Positions 14,160 through 26,532 of a DNA stretch of 64,000 nt are shown here, in pieces (position 1 is the stretch's first letter; every line of letters starts with the position of its first letter). A program made the position numbers and the translations under genes. Origin of the DNA: Octopus sinensis (Eukaryota); contig NC_043015.1 in the NCBI RefSeq assembly GCF_006345805.1, positions 37,448,001 through 37,512,000 on the forward strand, read 5' to 3'. The notes beneath the pieces are model-generated. The model worked only from the letters and a program-made list of their open reading frames with translations. It was not told the origin of the DNA and ran no database searches.

Positions 14160-14385
14160 AACACCTACGCTGAACTATTGAAAAATCTGCAGTTACTCTA
14201 TCCAGTTCAAGTTTATACCTGTAATTTTGGGGGCCCTGAGGTATGTAACACACTGCCTAAATACCAATCTTGTGAAATTAGGCTTCTCAAAACAAGAAAG
14301 GAGAAAGCTGATTCGAACACTACAGATCCAATCCATCACTGGAACTGTAAAAATCTGTAAAACATTCCAGAAGTTTATCATTAAT
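14160..14385 (+). pseudogene. 3' fragment of an RLE non-LTR retrotransposon, same type as 11.4-12.0 kb
   Basis: TYAELLKNLQLLYP, then after a frameshift FKFIPVILGALRYVTHCLNTNLVKLGFSKQERRKLIRTLQIQSITGTVKICKTFQKFII. Confidence 0.75.
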
Positions 14386-15132
14386 ATATATATGTGAGCA
14401 TGTCAATATGTGCAACCATATGCATGAGAATGCACACATAAAGCAAAACATACAAATCTGCTCATGTGCATACGTACATACATACAAACATAAATACTTA
14501 TACATACATACATACATACATACATACATACGAATACTATGGAATTTCCGGTGTATATCCAGTAACAATAGCATTCTCATTACATGATGATATCCAGTAA
14601 CCAACAACTGGACGAGCTTTGCATAGTATATTATAAGATATTTACACAAATGATATAAAAAATTGTGTGTGTTTGTGTATATATGTACCTGTAGTTGTAC
14701 CTGTGGGATTGTTGTTTTTGATGTTGTTTTTGTTGTTGATGTTGTGGTTGTTGTTGTTGGTGTTTTTGTTGTTGTTTTTAAACAAATTGAATCAGTTGCT
14801 TTTGATCAAGGTGAGTCGCATAGTTTATCAGAACAAAAGCTACACAATTTCCTTTAAGAAAGAATTTCTTCGATCACGTGGCTGAAGAGGAAGCTGGTGG
14901 CAGCATCTTAGTGTCTGCGAGACGACAGAAGCATGGCAGATGAATTTATGTATGAATGCCACATGTGTGGATGAGTAGAGGTGCGTGGGTTATTGTGTTG
15001 TGTGTGTATATGTGGGGATGTGTGTCTGTACTTGATATATGCACATGCTTGCGTGAACGTATTTGGGATGAGTGTATGGGTGGGTTTGCGTATGTATCTT
15101 GTGGCATCATATATATCCATATATATATATAT

Positions 15133-15235
15133 AAAATGTTACAATTACTCAGTAGTCAAGATAAAACTCTGAGTTTCAGATGCCGAAGTGGAAATCCACA
15201 ACACCATCTCTTCGGTTACCTGGCCGTTTTTACCA
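15133..15235 (-). ncRNA. Degenerate type I hammerhead-like motif in a ~100-bp element between (TA)n tracts
   Basis: Minus strand: CCGAAGA core (U4 changed to C), stem II GATG/CATC with inner GTGG/CCAC hairpin, GAAA, stem III CTCAG/CTGAG and GUA triplet. Stem I is poor. Confidence 0.5.
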
Positions 15236-15266
15236 ATATATATATATAATATATATATAAATACAT

Positions 15267-15325
<59 letters not shown>

Positions 15326-16138
15326 ATTATTACTATTATCATTATCATATATATATATATATGTATGTAGTGGCAGTGTTCATGCGTATACACGTTCCAT
15401 ATATACCTGTTATGCGTCTACCGCTGGTTCCTTCCTCTCCTTCACGAAAAATGTACGCGAGAATAACAAACTTCCCAATATAATGAAATTGCAATCTGTC
15501 AGCCGCAACTGCGAGAAACCTTCATTTCACAAAGGACGTCGTATGATGCAATCGTTATCGCTGGTCCAGAAGCAAAACGAAACTATTGTACGTAAGATCC
15601 TCACTTGCTTCGGAGACGTATACAAACGAAATCTTAGTAATACTAATGAGAAATCTTTAATACATAAACATTCTATGATAGTTCTGAATTGACGTTGATA
15701 TAACTGAATGCTTTGAGGCAGGGGAATAAAATTAATTCGGTGCATAGAAAATTGTCTCTTTGTAACTACGTGTGACGTTTTCTTCTTTATGTCTCCCTAT
15801 TTTTCAGGGTTTAAATAAAGGTTATTGGTTGGATAACACAGAAGAATTAATTGGATATCTAACCGAAGGCGTCCGAAATACAGAAATGTGACGTCAGATA
15901 GGGTGGAAATATTAGGAACTGATTAATAGATGGAAATTTATATATGCAACACTTATGCTAGTTTGTTTATGCTTATAGAGGTACTTATATACTCGTATAC
16001 ATACATATATACCTATATACAGAGGAGAAGGAAGGGAGAGATTGAGATAGAGACAGCAGATCAAATAGATAGCCAGCTAGCTAGCTACATAGATAAATAG
16101 ATAGATAGACAGACTGGCAGGCAGACAGACAGACAAAC

Positions 16139-16204
<66 letters not shown>

Positions 16205-16811
16205 GTAAGTTTCTTTATTGGCCACACAGGGCTGCACACAGATGGGACAAGTTACAAGGTAGAGCTTTTCTTTTGGGGGATGAAAAAACAAAAAACAAAA
16301 GAAACAAAAAAAAGGGGTGGCGTAGGTTTTCGATCAAGAGGGATCGTAAAAGGGAAGAAAAGAACAAAAAATAAATAAATAAATAAAATATTTAAAAAAA
16401 TAATAATAAAAAAAAGATAGATAGATAGATAGATAGATATCTGCACGTTAATTTGAGTTTCCTTTTAAAGGGTTCGATTAAATCTATGTTGAGAGTGATT
16501 AGCAATCTATAGAAAAGTGAACTGTAAAGCAGAGTGAAATAAATATCTCCACCCATTTTAAATTTCGTAGGCGAACTTTGATCAATTTTAGTGGATCTTG
16601 GGTCAGTAAAAAGAAGCAGTGCTCATAACTGCCATTGTCCAAATTCCAGACATATACTGTAGAGATTCCTCATACAAGAATTAGAAGCGTATCTCCGAGT
16701 CTGACTGTAAACCACACATCATTGTATACAAACACATAGATGCACATGTATGAATAGTTATATCTATAGCTATCTATCTATCTATTTATCTATCTATCTA
16801 TATATCTATCA

Positions 16812-16919
<108 letters not shown>

Positions 16920-18034
16920 GCATGTATATATATTTAAATGTATATTTATATATGGATAGATAAATAAATAGATAGATAAATACATGGATAGATAGATATA
17001 TACATACTGAGTGTTTGTAATATGCTATAAAATAATTATAATAAATAAAAACATATATATATATGTATGTATATGAATAGTATATTATGTGAAGATATAT
17101 ACTTATATATACATACATATTATATATGTGTGTGAGCGTACGCATACAAATGCACACAAGTTTGTCAGCTGTAAATTGAACATGATCGATGTTACACCTG
17201 GTATATTTATTATGGTGTCTGTATAATACCCAACATTATTTGATTATTTCTGTTGTTTTCTCTCTCACTCTCTTTATCTCTCTCTCTCTCCCTCTTTTTC
17301 TACCTCCATCGTTTTTCTTAACTTAAACCTCCCCGCTTTACTTTATTATCTTCTTTAAATATCTCTGCAAGTCCATTCTTCTTTATATTATGTCTTACTA
17401 TATAATATTTCCTCAAATGTTACTCCATACTCCATTCATTTTTTTGTCAGCTGTAATTCCACCATCTTGTTTCTCTCCTTTTCATTTTAATGTTACCCTC
17501 CGCCAAAACACTTGTCATTTTTCTAACTGATTTTCCCCATCTTTATGATCAGTCTCTATTACATTTTACATATTTTCCTTTATATTCCTCTCACATTCCT
17601 TCCACATTTAACTTACTATTTTCCCTTATTAATATTTATGTTTTTCCTCCAATTGGCATTTGTATTTTGGCAAATGGCGTATATTTCAATTTTTTGTGAT
17701 TATATTTTTCTATAACTATGTACATCATATATTTCACTTTATCTCTTTCTCTCTCTCTGTTTTCCCTCTGTCTCTCCATGTCTGTGTGTGTGTCTGTGGG
17801 TGTGTGTGTGTGTGTGTGTGTGTGTGCGTATGTGTGCGCCTACATTCCATATGTCCTTATCGTGTTTTGTATGTGTTGCTTCTTTACTTTTCACCTTCAT
17901 TCAGTTAACACAGCAAAACGCATAGAGAAAAGCGGACTCACATGTTTCAACCTACTCTTACCCCTTCTCCCACTCCTTCACTCCTATCTCTCGCACATCA
18001 TAACCGTCGTTCTCTCTCTAATAATAATATGAAA

Positions 18035-18510
<476 letters not shown>

Positions 18511-18773
18511 ATGTACATATATATTCGCACACACGCATACTAACACATATATATATATATATATATTCATGTATGTGTAGTTCTGGCAGTTTCACAGTAT
18601 GCCCCAATTCATTAAGAGAGAAATGTCTAAATGAACCGTGGTTTACTAAGAAGCTTGCAAATAATGCCAACAATTAATATCTTATGAAATTGCATGCATT
18701 TCATTTCGCATCTCTCCAACACATATTATGTGTAAATAAACATATGTATATATATATGTAATATGATATATAT

Positions 18774-18816
<43 letters not shown>

Positions 18817-18865
18817 CTATGTACATATTCATATATATATATATATATTATATATATATATATAA

Positions 18866-18903
<38 letters not shown>

Positions 18904-19119
18904 GGATATGTATATGACATACATATACACACATATATTCGTAATGATATGCATATAAGTGAATATGTATATGAATATGTATCAATATGTCTATATATGT
19001 ATGTGTGTCTATGTGTATATATTTGTACATACATACCATTTAAATATAATATATATGTATATAGGCATGTGCTTCTTTCTATGTGCTTGTGCTGGTAAAT
19101 TCCACTTTTATATTGTTCT

Positions 19120-19760
19120 GTATAAATATTTTCCATACGGTATCCCTCAGGGTTCTGTACTGGTTCCATTGTTCTTTAACATTAACCAAAATAATCAACA
19201 GGAATTTGTTAATAGTGAGTGTTTTCTCTTGGTCGATTACGTATGCATAGCGTGACAAACTTTAGCAAAACAAGTCCGTATGCCGCTTTTAAGAACCAGA
19301 GTTCTTACTTCATGAGACAGAAATGTAATTATGAATCCTGCAAAAACAGAATTTTCTGCATTTCATCTAAGAAACGTGGAAACACGTAGCAACTTTTATA
19401 TCATTTTAACTGGAATAAAAACTGGAACGCAGCCAGAATTACAAACATTTTTCTTATGTTTCTTCACAGCAGAATAACATTTGTGAACACTTAAATGTTC
19501 CAACATCGAAATCGAGCGAATGGAATTAAAATCAATCACAATTCAAGAATTTCTCAAAAAGATTGGAAAACACTCACCATAATAGCCTTGGCACAATAGC
19601 TGTTTGATGTCGAAGTGCGTGTCCGCTTAGGGTTGGGATCTCCAGTAAAAGACCTTTGATTGCTATTCACAAAGAAAATTTGTTGTCGATAAGAGTTTGT
19701 TTCCGGTGCACCATCATGAATCATCCAAGCCTACCGAGTGAGACATTCGGCCTATGAAGA
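19120..19760 (+). pseudogene. Decayed reverse-transcriptase fragment of an Ingi/Vingi-like LINE
   Basis: GIPQGSVLVPLFFNI (RT motif G.PQGSVL.P.LFNI), FLLVDYVCIA (degenerate YADD region), NPAKTEFSAFHLRN and KTLTIIALA. Many stops and frameshifts. Confidence 0.7.
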
Positions 19761-20096
19761 GAAACATCACCCGAAAAGCAGTGAAACATAAGCAGATGTT
19801 TGAAGAAAGTTATTTTTAAAACGTAGAAATAATTCAACAATAAAAAAAAAACAATTTCGTTAGTGTTTTTATTCTTATTGACTTCTTCTCTGGAACTGCT
19901 GCGTTCTGGAACTCACGACCACCGTTTTGTTTTCTACTAAACTATAGTATTCAGGTAAATAAGCATTGCGTCATTGGACATCTTTCGAATTTGTAGACAC
20001 CACTTTGACTTTCTTTGTTTGTCTCTTAATCTGCAGCGGCCTGAAAATTTATTTGGGACAAAATAGTTAAAAATGTGTGTATATAAACTTGTGTGA

Positions 20097-20142
<46 letters not shown>

Positions 20143-20488
20143 TAATATATATATATATAGTATGTATAAACGTTTGTATACACACTTTTTAACGATTTGT
20201 CGCGGAGGAGTAGACGAAACAGGACAACTGAAGAAGGGGAATATTCCTTGTGTTGTATGTCTTGTATTCTGTTTTTTCCTTGTTTGAAAAAAGTTCGTTT
20301 CCCTGTTTTTTTTTTATATATTCGTTTCTGATTGTGTTCAACGTTTTGTTTTAATGTCCTATACCCATATATGCATGTATATATACATATAGATGTAGGT
20401 ATGTACATATATGTATGTATATATGCATATATTTATATATTATTTATATATATATATATATATATATACATGCATATATACATATATG

Positions 20489-20561
<73 letters not shown>

Positions 20562-20562
<1 letters not shown>

Positions 20563-21074
20563 TGATTGGAAGTGTTATCATGTACATTGTTTTGTCTTGG
20601 TATAAAAGATGGGCTACAGCAAATATTCTGCTCAATACCACAGATTTGCTTGTCAGTTGTTTGACCTTAAACCAGTTGAGCATGTCCCTTCGTGGCTGAC
20701 AATATGTGCATCTCTGATCACGAGCAGAAGTAGTGGGGGAGCATCATAGCCATGTGTTGAGAGGGATTCTTTGGGGTTTGAATAGTTCACCTCTGGAAAC
20801 ATGGGTGGTTCTTCTTTTCACTCCTTAAACAACCCTTATTCAGGGACCGTTTGAGCGGGATGGGCTACTCTCAATCTGAAGAAAATTCTAACTGGGCCCC
20901 ACCTGCAAGGTCATGTGCTGTTTATCTTGATATGAGATCACCATGTCGCGCACATATGGTTGTGATGCATGTGCCTGGTGTACCTTTATCAGACGGGTAG
21001 TCATGATGGGTATATTGGGCTTCGTATATTTTACCCCAGTGTCACTTTGATGGCATGCACTGCTCTCTCACTCA
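20562..21074 (+). mobile_element. ~510-bp non-coding interspersed element bounded by (AAT)n on both sides
   Basis: GC-richer, complex sequence with sharp boundaries against (AAT)n at 20487-20561 and 21074-21090. No ORF. Only one copy in the window, so its repeat status is inferred. Confidence 0.6.
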
Positions 21075-21575
21075 ATAATAATAATAATAATATGCAATTA
21101 ACAGGACACAACAACAGGTGTCTTTCGACTTAGCACGCATTAAATTAAACTGGCGTGTGCGGAAGTAAAGCCTTACGGCATATTTAACAGTCGCAGGGAG
21201 GAATATAGATTTTGAACGGATGGTAGTTGAAGCAAGAAAGAAAGGTCAGGCCTGGTCACATACACATATTCAGTTTCGGTAAGTTTGTTCCAAAGTATTA
21301 TGAAGAAAGCCGGACACACATGACAGTAATGGCATTCATGTTCAAACGACTACAGCAATGTGTGAAAGAGATCAAAGTTGACATGGACTGATATATGGTG
21401 ACTAGGCCAGGGGGGAGGGAGCAGTGTTCTCTGTCCAGTTTCTATGGCGAAAGAGATTACCAGATAGACCAAGATGAAGAGATTGTTGGGAGACACTTAT
21501 GTCTTTTGGCAAGCCATCAAGGATTTTTACAGTATCCATTTGGAAAGCAACATGAGGGCAGAGGGAAAAGTGCTC

Positions 21576-21629
<54 letters not shown>

Positions 21630-22117
21630 TCTCTCTCTTAATGTATTTGTAAAGAAAGGGGTGACAGTGTAATAAACGGTCAGGACGAATGGACTTTCAT
21701 CAAGCATGTCTATTTAGATTCGAGAACAGAGAGACAAGGGCTTCTGCTCATTAAAAACACAGCGATCTACGATCCGTGGATTGCTTTGCTTTGCGCCCCA
21801 TCGAGGGTTCTCTTCTCTCAGGAAGACCGTATCTTCCATGTTGCGTTCACATATTTTCTAGATCCTCTATAGTTTTATCTCATTTCATCTCCATTATCCT
21901 CCTCTTTTCCTTCCTCTTTCCGCGTTCCTTAATCTTTTATGTAAGCCAACGCAGAAATTTTAAGCTTTCCTTGCAATGTCTCCCTCACCGATGTCCCTGT
22001 GGCAAATAAAAAGAAATCATCTTCCTTCATCTTCTTATCATTATTCTTCTTCTTGTTGCTGCTGTGGTTTTAGTTGTCGCTGCTTTACAGTTGCTATTTA
22101 CACTCGTATTAGTTTTG

Positions 22118-22189
22118 TTGATGATGATGACGAAGATGACTACGACGACGACGACGATGATGATGAAGATGATGATGATGATAATGATA

Positions 22190-22235
<46 letters not shown>

Positions 22236-22286
22236 CGACGATGACGACAACGACGACGATGATGATGATGACGACGATGATGATAA
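22118..22286. repeat. (GAT)n/(GAC)n microsatellite
   Basis: Direct reading; poly-D/poly-M ORFs. Confidence 0.95.
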
Positions 22287-23049
22287 TGGATTCAGTTGTC
22301 TTTGATATCTGAAAAGCTAACCATTATTCAGAGGGATTCTAACCCCGATGTTATTTCCGAATCCCTGCATGATGTAAAATTGATGCGGTGCCTGCCTATC
22401 TCTCTCTCAATGGATTCTTGCCTTGTAGCGATTCCATTGATTACATGACAAGAAGAATTTCTCTGATCTTCAACTCAACGGTATCCAGTTGCGTGGCTTT
22501 CATGAAAACATGTCTTCTTCAAAAATGTTTAATCAAATGTTTTATGGCACTTAAAATTAAAAGGAACAACTGGAAGTTCATGCATCTCGTCTTAAGCAAG
22601 TATTTCATCTGCAACTATCTCACATGTTAGCATTATGAAATCATTGAATCCTTTGCGTTATATCTCCAAGCGATAATAACAATTAAAAAGTAATTTGTAC
22701 AGAGATCTTATATATAAACTCGTTAAATGCATTGGATTGTAAAAATATAATTACACGCATTTCTTTCAGTTGTTCCCATGAATCAGAAATTGTGTGTGTT
22801 GTGTGTGGTGTTTATGTTTCTGTATATGTCTGTTAGATTATGTTCTAGTCACAGAGATACCTAAAAGGGTACAAACACATAAAACGAACACACACACAAA
22901 CACAAAACCGCATATTTTTGATATTTTTCGTTAAATTTTGTTCTCCTCTAGAAGCACCAAACAGATCTGTCCATGGACGGTAGCAGTGTCACAAAAATTC
23001 CTGTAAGAGAAAAGGTTTCCGGATTCTCGATTCAGAGAGAATAAGAAAA

Positions 23050-23640
23050 AGAAGAAAAGGGAATATGTAGGTAGGTCAGAATCACTTCCAAGATTTGAAG
23101 ACAAAGATGTCTTGGAGGAATTTGTACTCCATGAACGAGGAAATATGCCCTCAGGTCGTCATAGACAGGAGAATATAAAGAGCTGCATGAAACTTCTGTG
23201 CGCAGTTGGGTTCGCATGTTTGCAGGTTGTGTGTGCGTTTTAATGCGTAGGGGCAGCATTGTAAATACACATATCCGCCCCGGGAATCACGAACACCTGA
23301 ACACATATTTAATCACAAAACACGGATGCAAACAGATTCAAAATTTTTCAAAATGCTGGGGCCATGTGCCATATACCCACTGCACATTTAAGGATCAAAA
23401 CACATGAATACACTTCAACACAACTTCCTTTGATCAACAGGTCCTGTTCCATTCAACAGTATCATAAAACAAATCAAAGAAGAAACAGGTCCCACCACGT
23501 TTAAACGAAACCTGAACACATTTCTTCAGGGGATACCAGATAAGCCACGTATACAAAGAGTACAGCTCAGCCATCGTCTCCCTACGTAAATGGGCCATGA
23601 TGCAACAAAACTTTACCAGGAGATTACATAACATTCCCTA
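23050..23640 (+). pseudogene. Decayed 3' fragment of a CR1/L2-group LINE
   Basis: HNFL*STGPVPFNSIIKQIKEETGPTTFKRNLNTFLQGIPDKP matches the recalled terminal GP.LFN..P..I....FK..LD.FL..IPD.P motif. The 5' boundary is uncertain. Confidence 0.6.
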
Positions 23641-24399
23641 TCAGGTGTTGCCATTAAGTTAGATATAGCCTGGGCCAATCTTTAGCTGAATCGTATATAA
23701 GTTATATGTATTCATGCACATATGTATCTCCACAAATACTTTTAATTATTTGAAGTCTTCCGTTAAAGGAAAATCAGTTTTATAACAAACATTAAAAGCC
23801 TCCATTATTCGAACGTAGACTACAGAAACAGTGTCACATTTTAAGATAAATTTTACATACAGCTACTGTTTATCATTCAGATTGTAAATATAATGTGCGT
23901 GTTAGCTAGTTGGTGAATAAATGTATGTATGTATACATGTAATTATGTACTTATGTATATATGTATGTATGAGTGTGTGTGTGTGTGTATGTATTCATTG
24001 GCTTGTCTGTGGATGTTACATGTCTATACAAACTGAAATACTCATATGTATTTTCTATGTGTGTATATATGTATACATGTATACATTTATGTATGCATAC
24101 ATACGCATGTGTGCGCCCGTGTGCGTATGTATATACATGCGCACACGTGTATGCGTAGAATCTGTGTATGTATACATAAGCATGTATCAGAAAGGCCAGG
24201 TGAAAAAGAACTACTTGTTAATAATTAAATCGTTCGCAATTAACAGCAGATGTGATTAAGCTTGTATATGACAATCACACATAAATTGAAATCTTGCTCA
24301 GACATGCGATGTTCTGTGAATGTAAAGACTTTCTGAGTAAACGCAGCCAGGATTTCACAGCATATACACACTAAAAGGTATATACATAAGTAGATATAC

Positions 24400-24472
<73 letters not shown>

Positions 24473-24550
24473 GAATATATATATAACATTATATACATGT
24501 ATTAATGCAAACCACACACACATACACGCAAACACACACACACAAACACA

Positions 24551-24590
<40 letters not shown>

Positions 24591-24700
24591 AGACACATAT
24601 ATATACATATATATATTAATATATAAGTAGATCTCTGTGTGTCTTTCAACATATAATATATGTATATAAATAGCCAATCACGCTTGTGCATATATCTATA

Positions 24701-24787
<87 letters not shown>

Positions 24788-24805
24788 TCATTTATCTATC
24801 CATCT

Positions 24806-24840
<35 letters not shown>

Positions 24841-25175
24841 AATGTATACATATATATACATATACATGTGTTTGTGTGTTTGTATATGTGTGGGCGTTTA
24901 TGTGTGCGCATGCGTGTGTATGCGTATGCATAACCTTATTGTTTTCTTATAACCATTCATATATGCGTCAGTCCAGTTATATAATGGATATGTCTGGAAT
25001 TAACGCTATGTTTTACACCTGCTGGCATTGCAAATATGTGCAGTTTTAACATATAAAACAAGCATAGGTCTATATGCATATACAGTCACCTGATTTACAT
25101 ATAGGCATGCATATAATTACACATACATGCGCACCTCTCTGTATATATATTATATATATATATTTATATTATATA

Positions 25176-25221
<46 letters not shown>

Positions 25222-25247
25222 ATATATATAATATATATAATATATAT

Positions 25248-25303
<56 letters not shown>

Positions 25304-25490
25304 CGTGATATTGGAATTTAGTACTTCTTGACTTACTGATTCTTCGTTTTGCTGAAGAATTTCAAAGAGTACGTTATCAGTTCAATAAAGTGCTGCTTTT
25401 CCCAGCCCACTTCATATATTTTCGGTATCAACTTACCAAAAATGGTATACTTGAGTTGCAGTCTTGGAGACAAATAAACTGGTTCGATCC

Positions 25491-25564
<74 letters not shown>

Positions 25565-25754
25565 TGTGTGTGTGCACCCGCATGTGTATTGCGAAGTGTA
25601 TTGTGACTAAAGAAACGAAGGAAGTAAATAGTTCTAAAGCACTTTGGAAAAGGTTAATATCGATGTTTTCTTAGGTATACTCACCTATGTGTTTCCCTCT
25701 CTTCCCTTTCCCGAGTAGGTGTATACGTTTCCCCCACACCCTCATATATTATAT

Positions 25755-25951
25755 TCTTTTACTTGTTTCAGGCATGTGACTGTGGCCATGCTGGAGCACC
25801 GCCTTTAGTCGAGCAAACCGACCCAAGCATTTATTCTTTGTAAGCCTAGTACTTATTCTATCGGTGTCTTTTGCCGAACCGCTAAGTTACGGGGACGTGA
25901 ACACAACAGCATCGGTTGTCAAGCGATGTAAGGGGACAAACACAGAGACAC
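25755..25951 (-). mobile_element. SINE family B, 3' half
   Basis: Reverse complement of 53390-53582 (TAGCGGTTCGGCAAAAG...CTAAAGGCGGTGCTCCAGCATGGCC). Confidence 0.9.
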
Positions 25952-25993
25952 AAATATGCACACACACACATGTACATATATATATATATATAT

Positions 25994-26098
25994 ATATTAG
26001 AGGGAGACCATTATGTGGACACGCTTATGCTAGAAATAGATCCATAGCGGATCTGTTTCTAGCATGAGGGTGTCCGCATAATGGTTTACCTCTAATAT
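25994..26098. repeat. Foldback hairpin, 50-nt arms and 5-nt loop, in (TA)n
   Basis: 25994-26043 pairs with 26049-26098: 44 Watson-Crick pairs, 4 G-U and 2 mismatches. Confidence 0.92.
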
Positions 26099-26218
26099 GT
26101 ATATAATACAATTTTACTGAACCTTCAGTTTTTTTTTATATGCTAGACAACTGGTGTGAAATCGATGTTAATTAAATAAATATCTTATTTCTCACCCTCA
26201 TTTTAAATTTATATATAT

Positions 26219-26440
26219 CGGTCTTTCAAAATGTGACCTCGTGTGTACCGTTGGCGATTTTTTTCCCTCTGTCTTCCCTTCTCTGGATCTTTCCTTCTCC
26301 TATGTTTCCGACGAAGAGCTCCGCTCGAAACGTTAAAACCTCCTTCTATCCTTCTTTCCTGAGCGTCCAATAATACTATATTTGTTCCACGTCCTCGCGT
26401 TGTTGTGTTTTCTTGTTTTGCTTTCTTGTTTGGATTAACT
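26219..26440 (+). mobile_element. ~220-bp Penelope-type terminal element with mutated hammerhead-like motif
   Basis: Homologous, in opposite orientation, to 37839-38057. Contains ATGTTT-CCGACGA-A-GAGCTCCGCTC-GAAACGTT-AAAAC and abuts (TA)n. Confidence 0.75.
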
Positions 26441-26446
26441 TTATGG

Positions 26447-26532
<86 letters not shown>

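Noticed and set aside
20185-20240. Possible further hammerhead (GTC..GAC-GAAA-CAG..CTG)
   Set aside because: The core is TTAACGA and there is no NUH triplet; too degenerate to call.
21200-21560. Possible HERO/R2-like fragment (KLTWTDIW*LGQGG)
   Set aside because: Only one short motif in heavily frameshifted sequence; needs tBLASTx.
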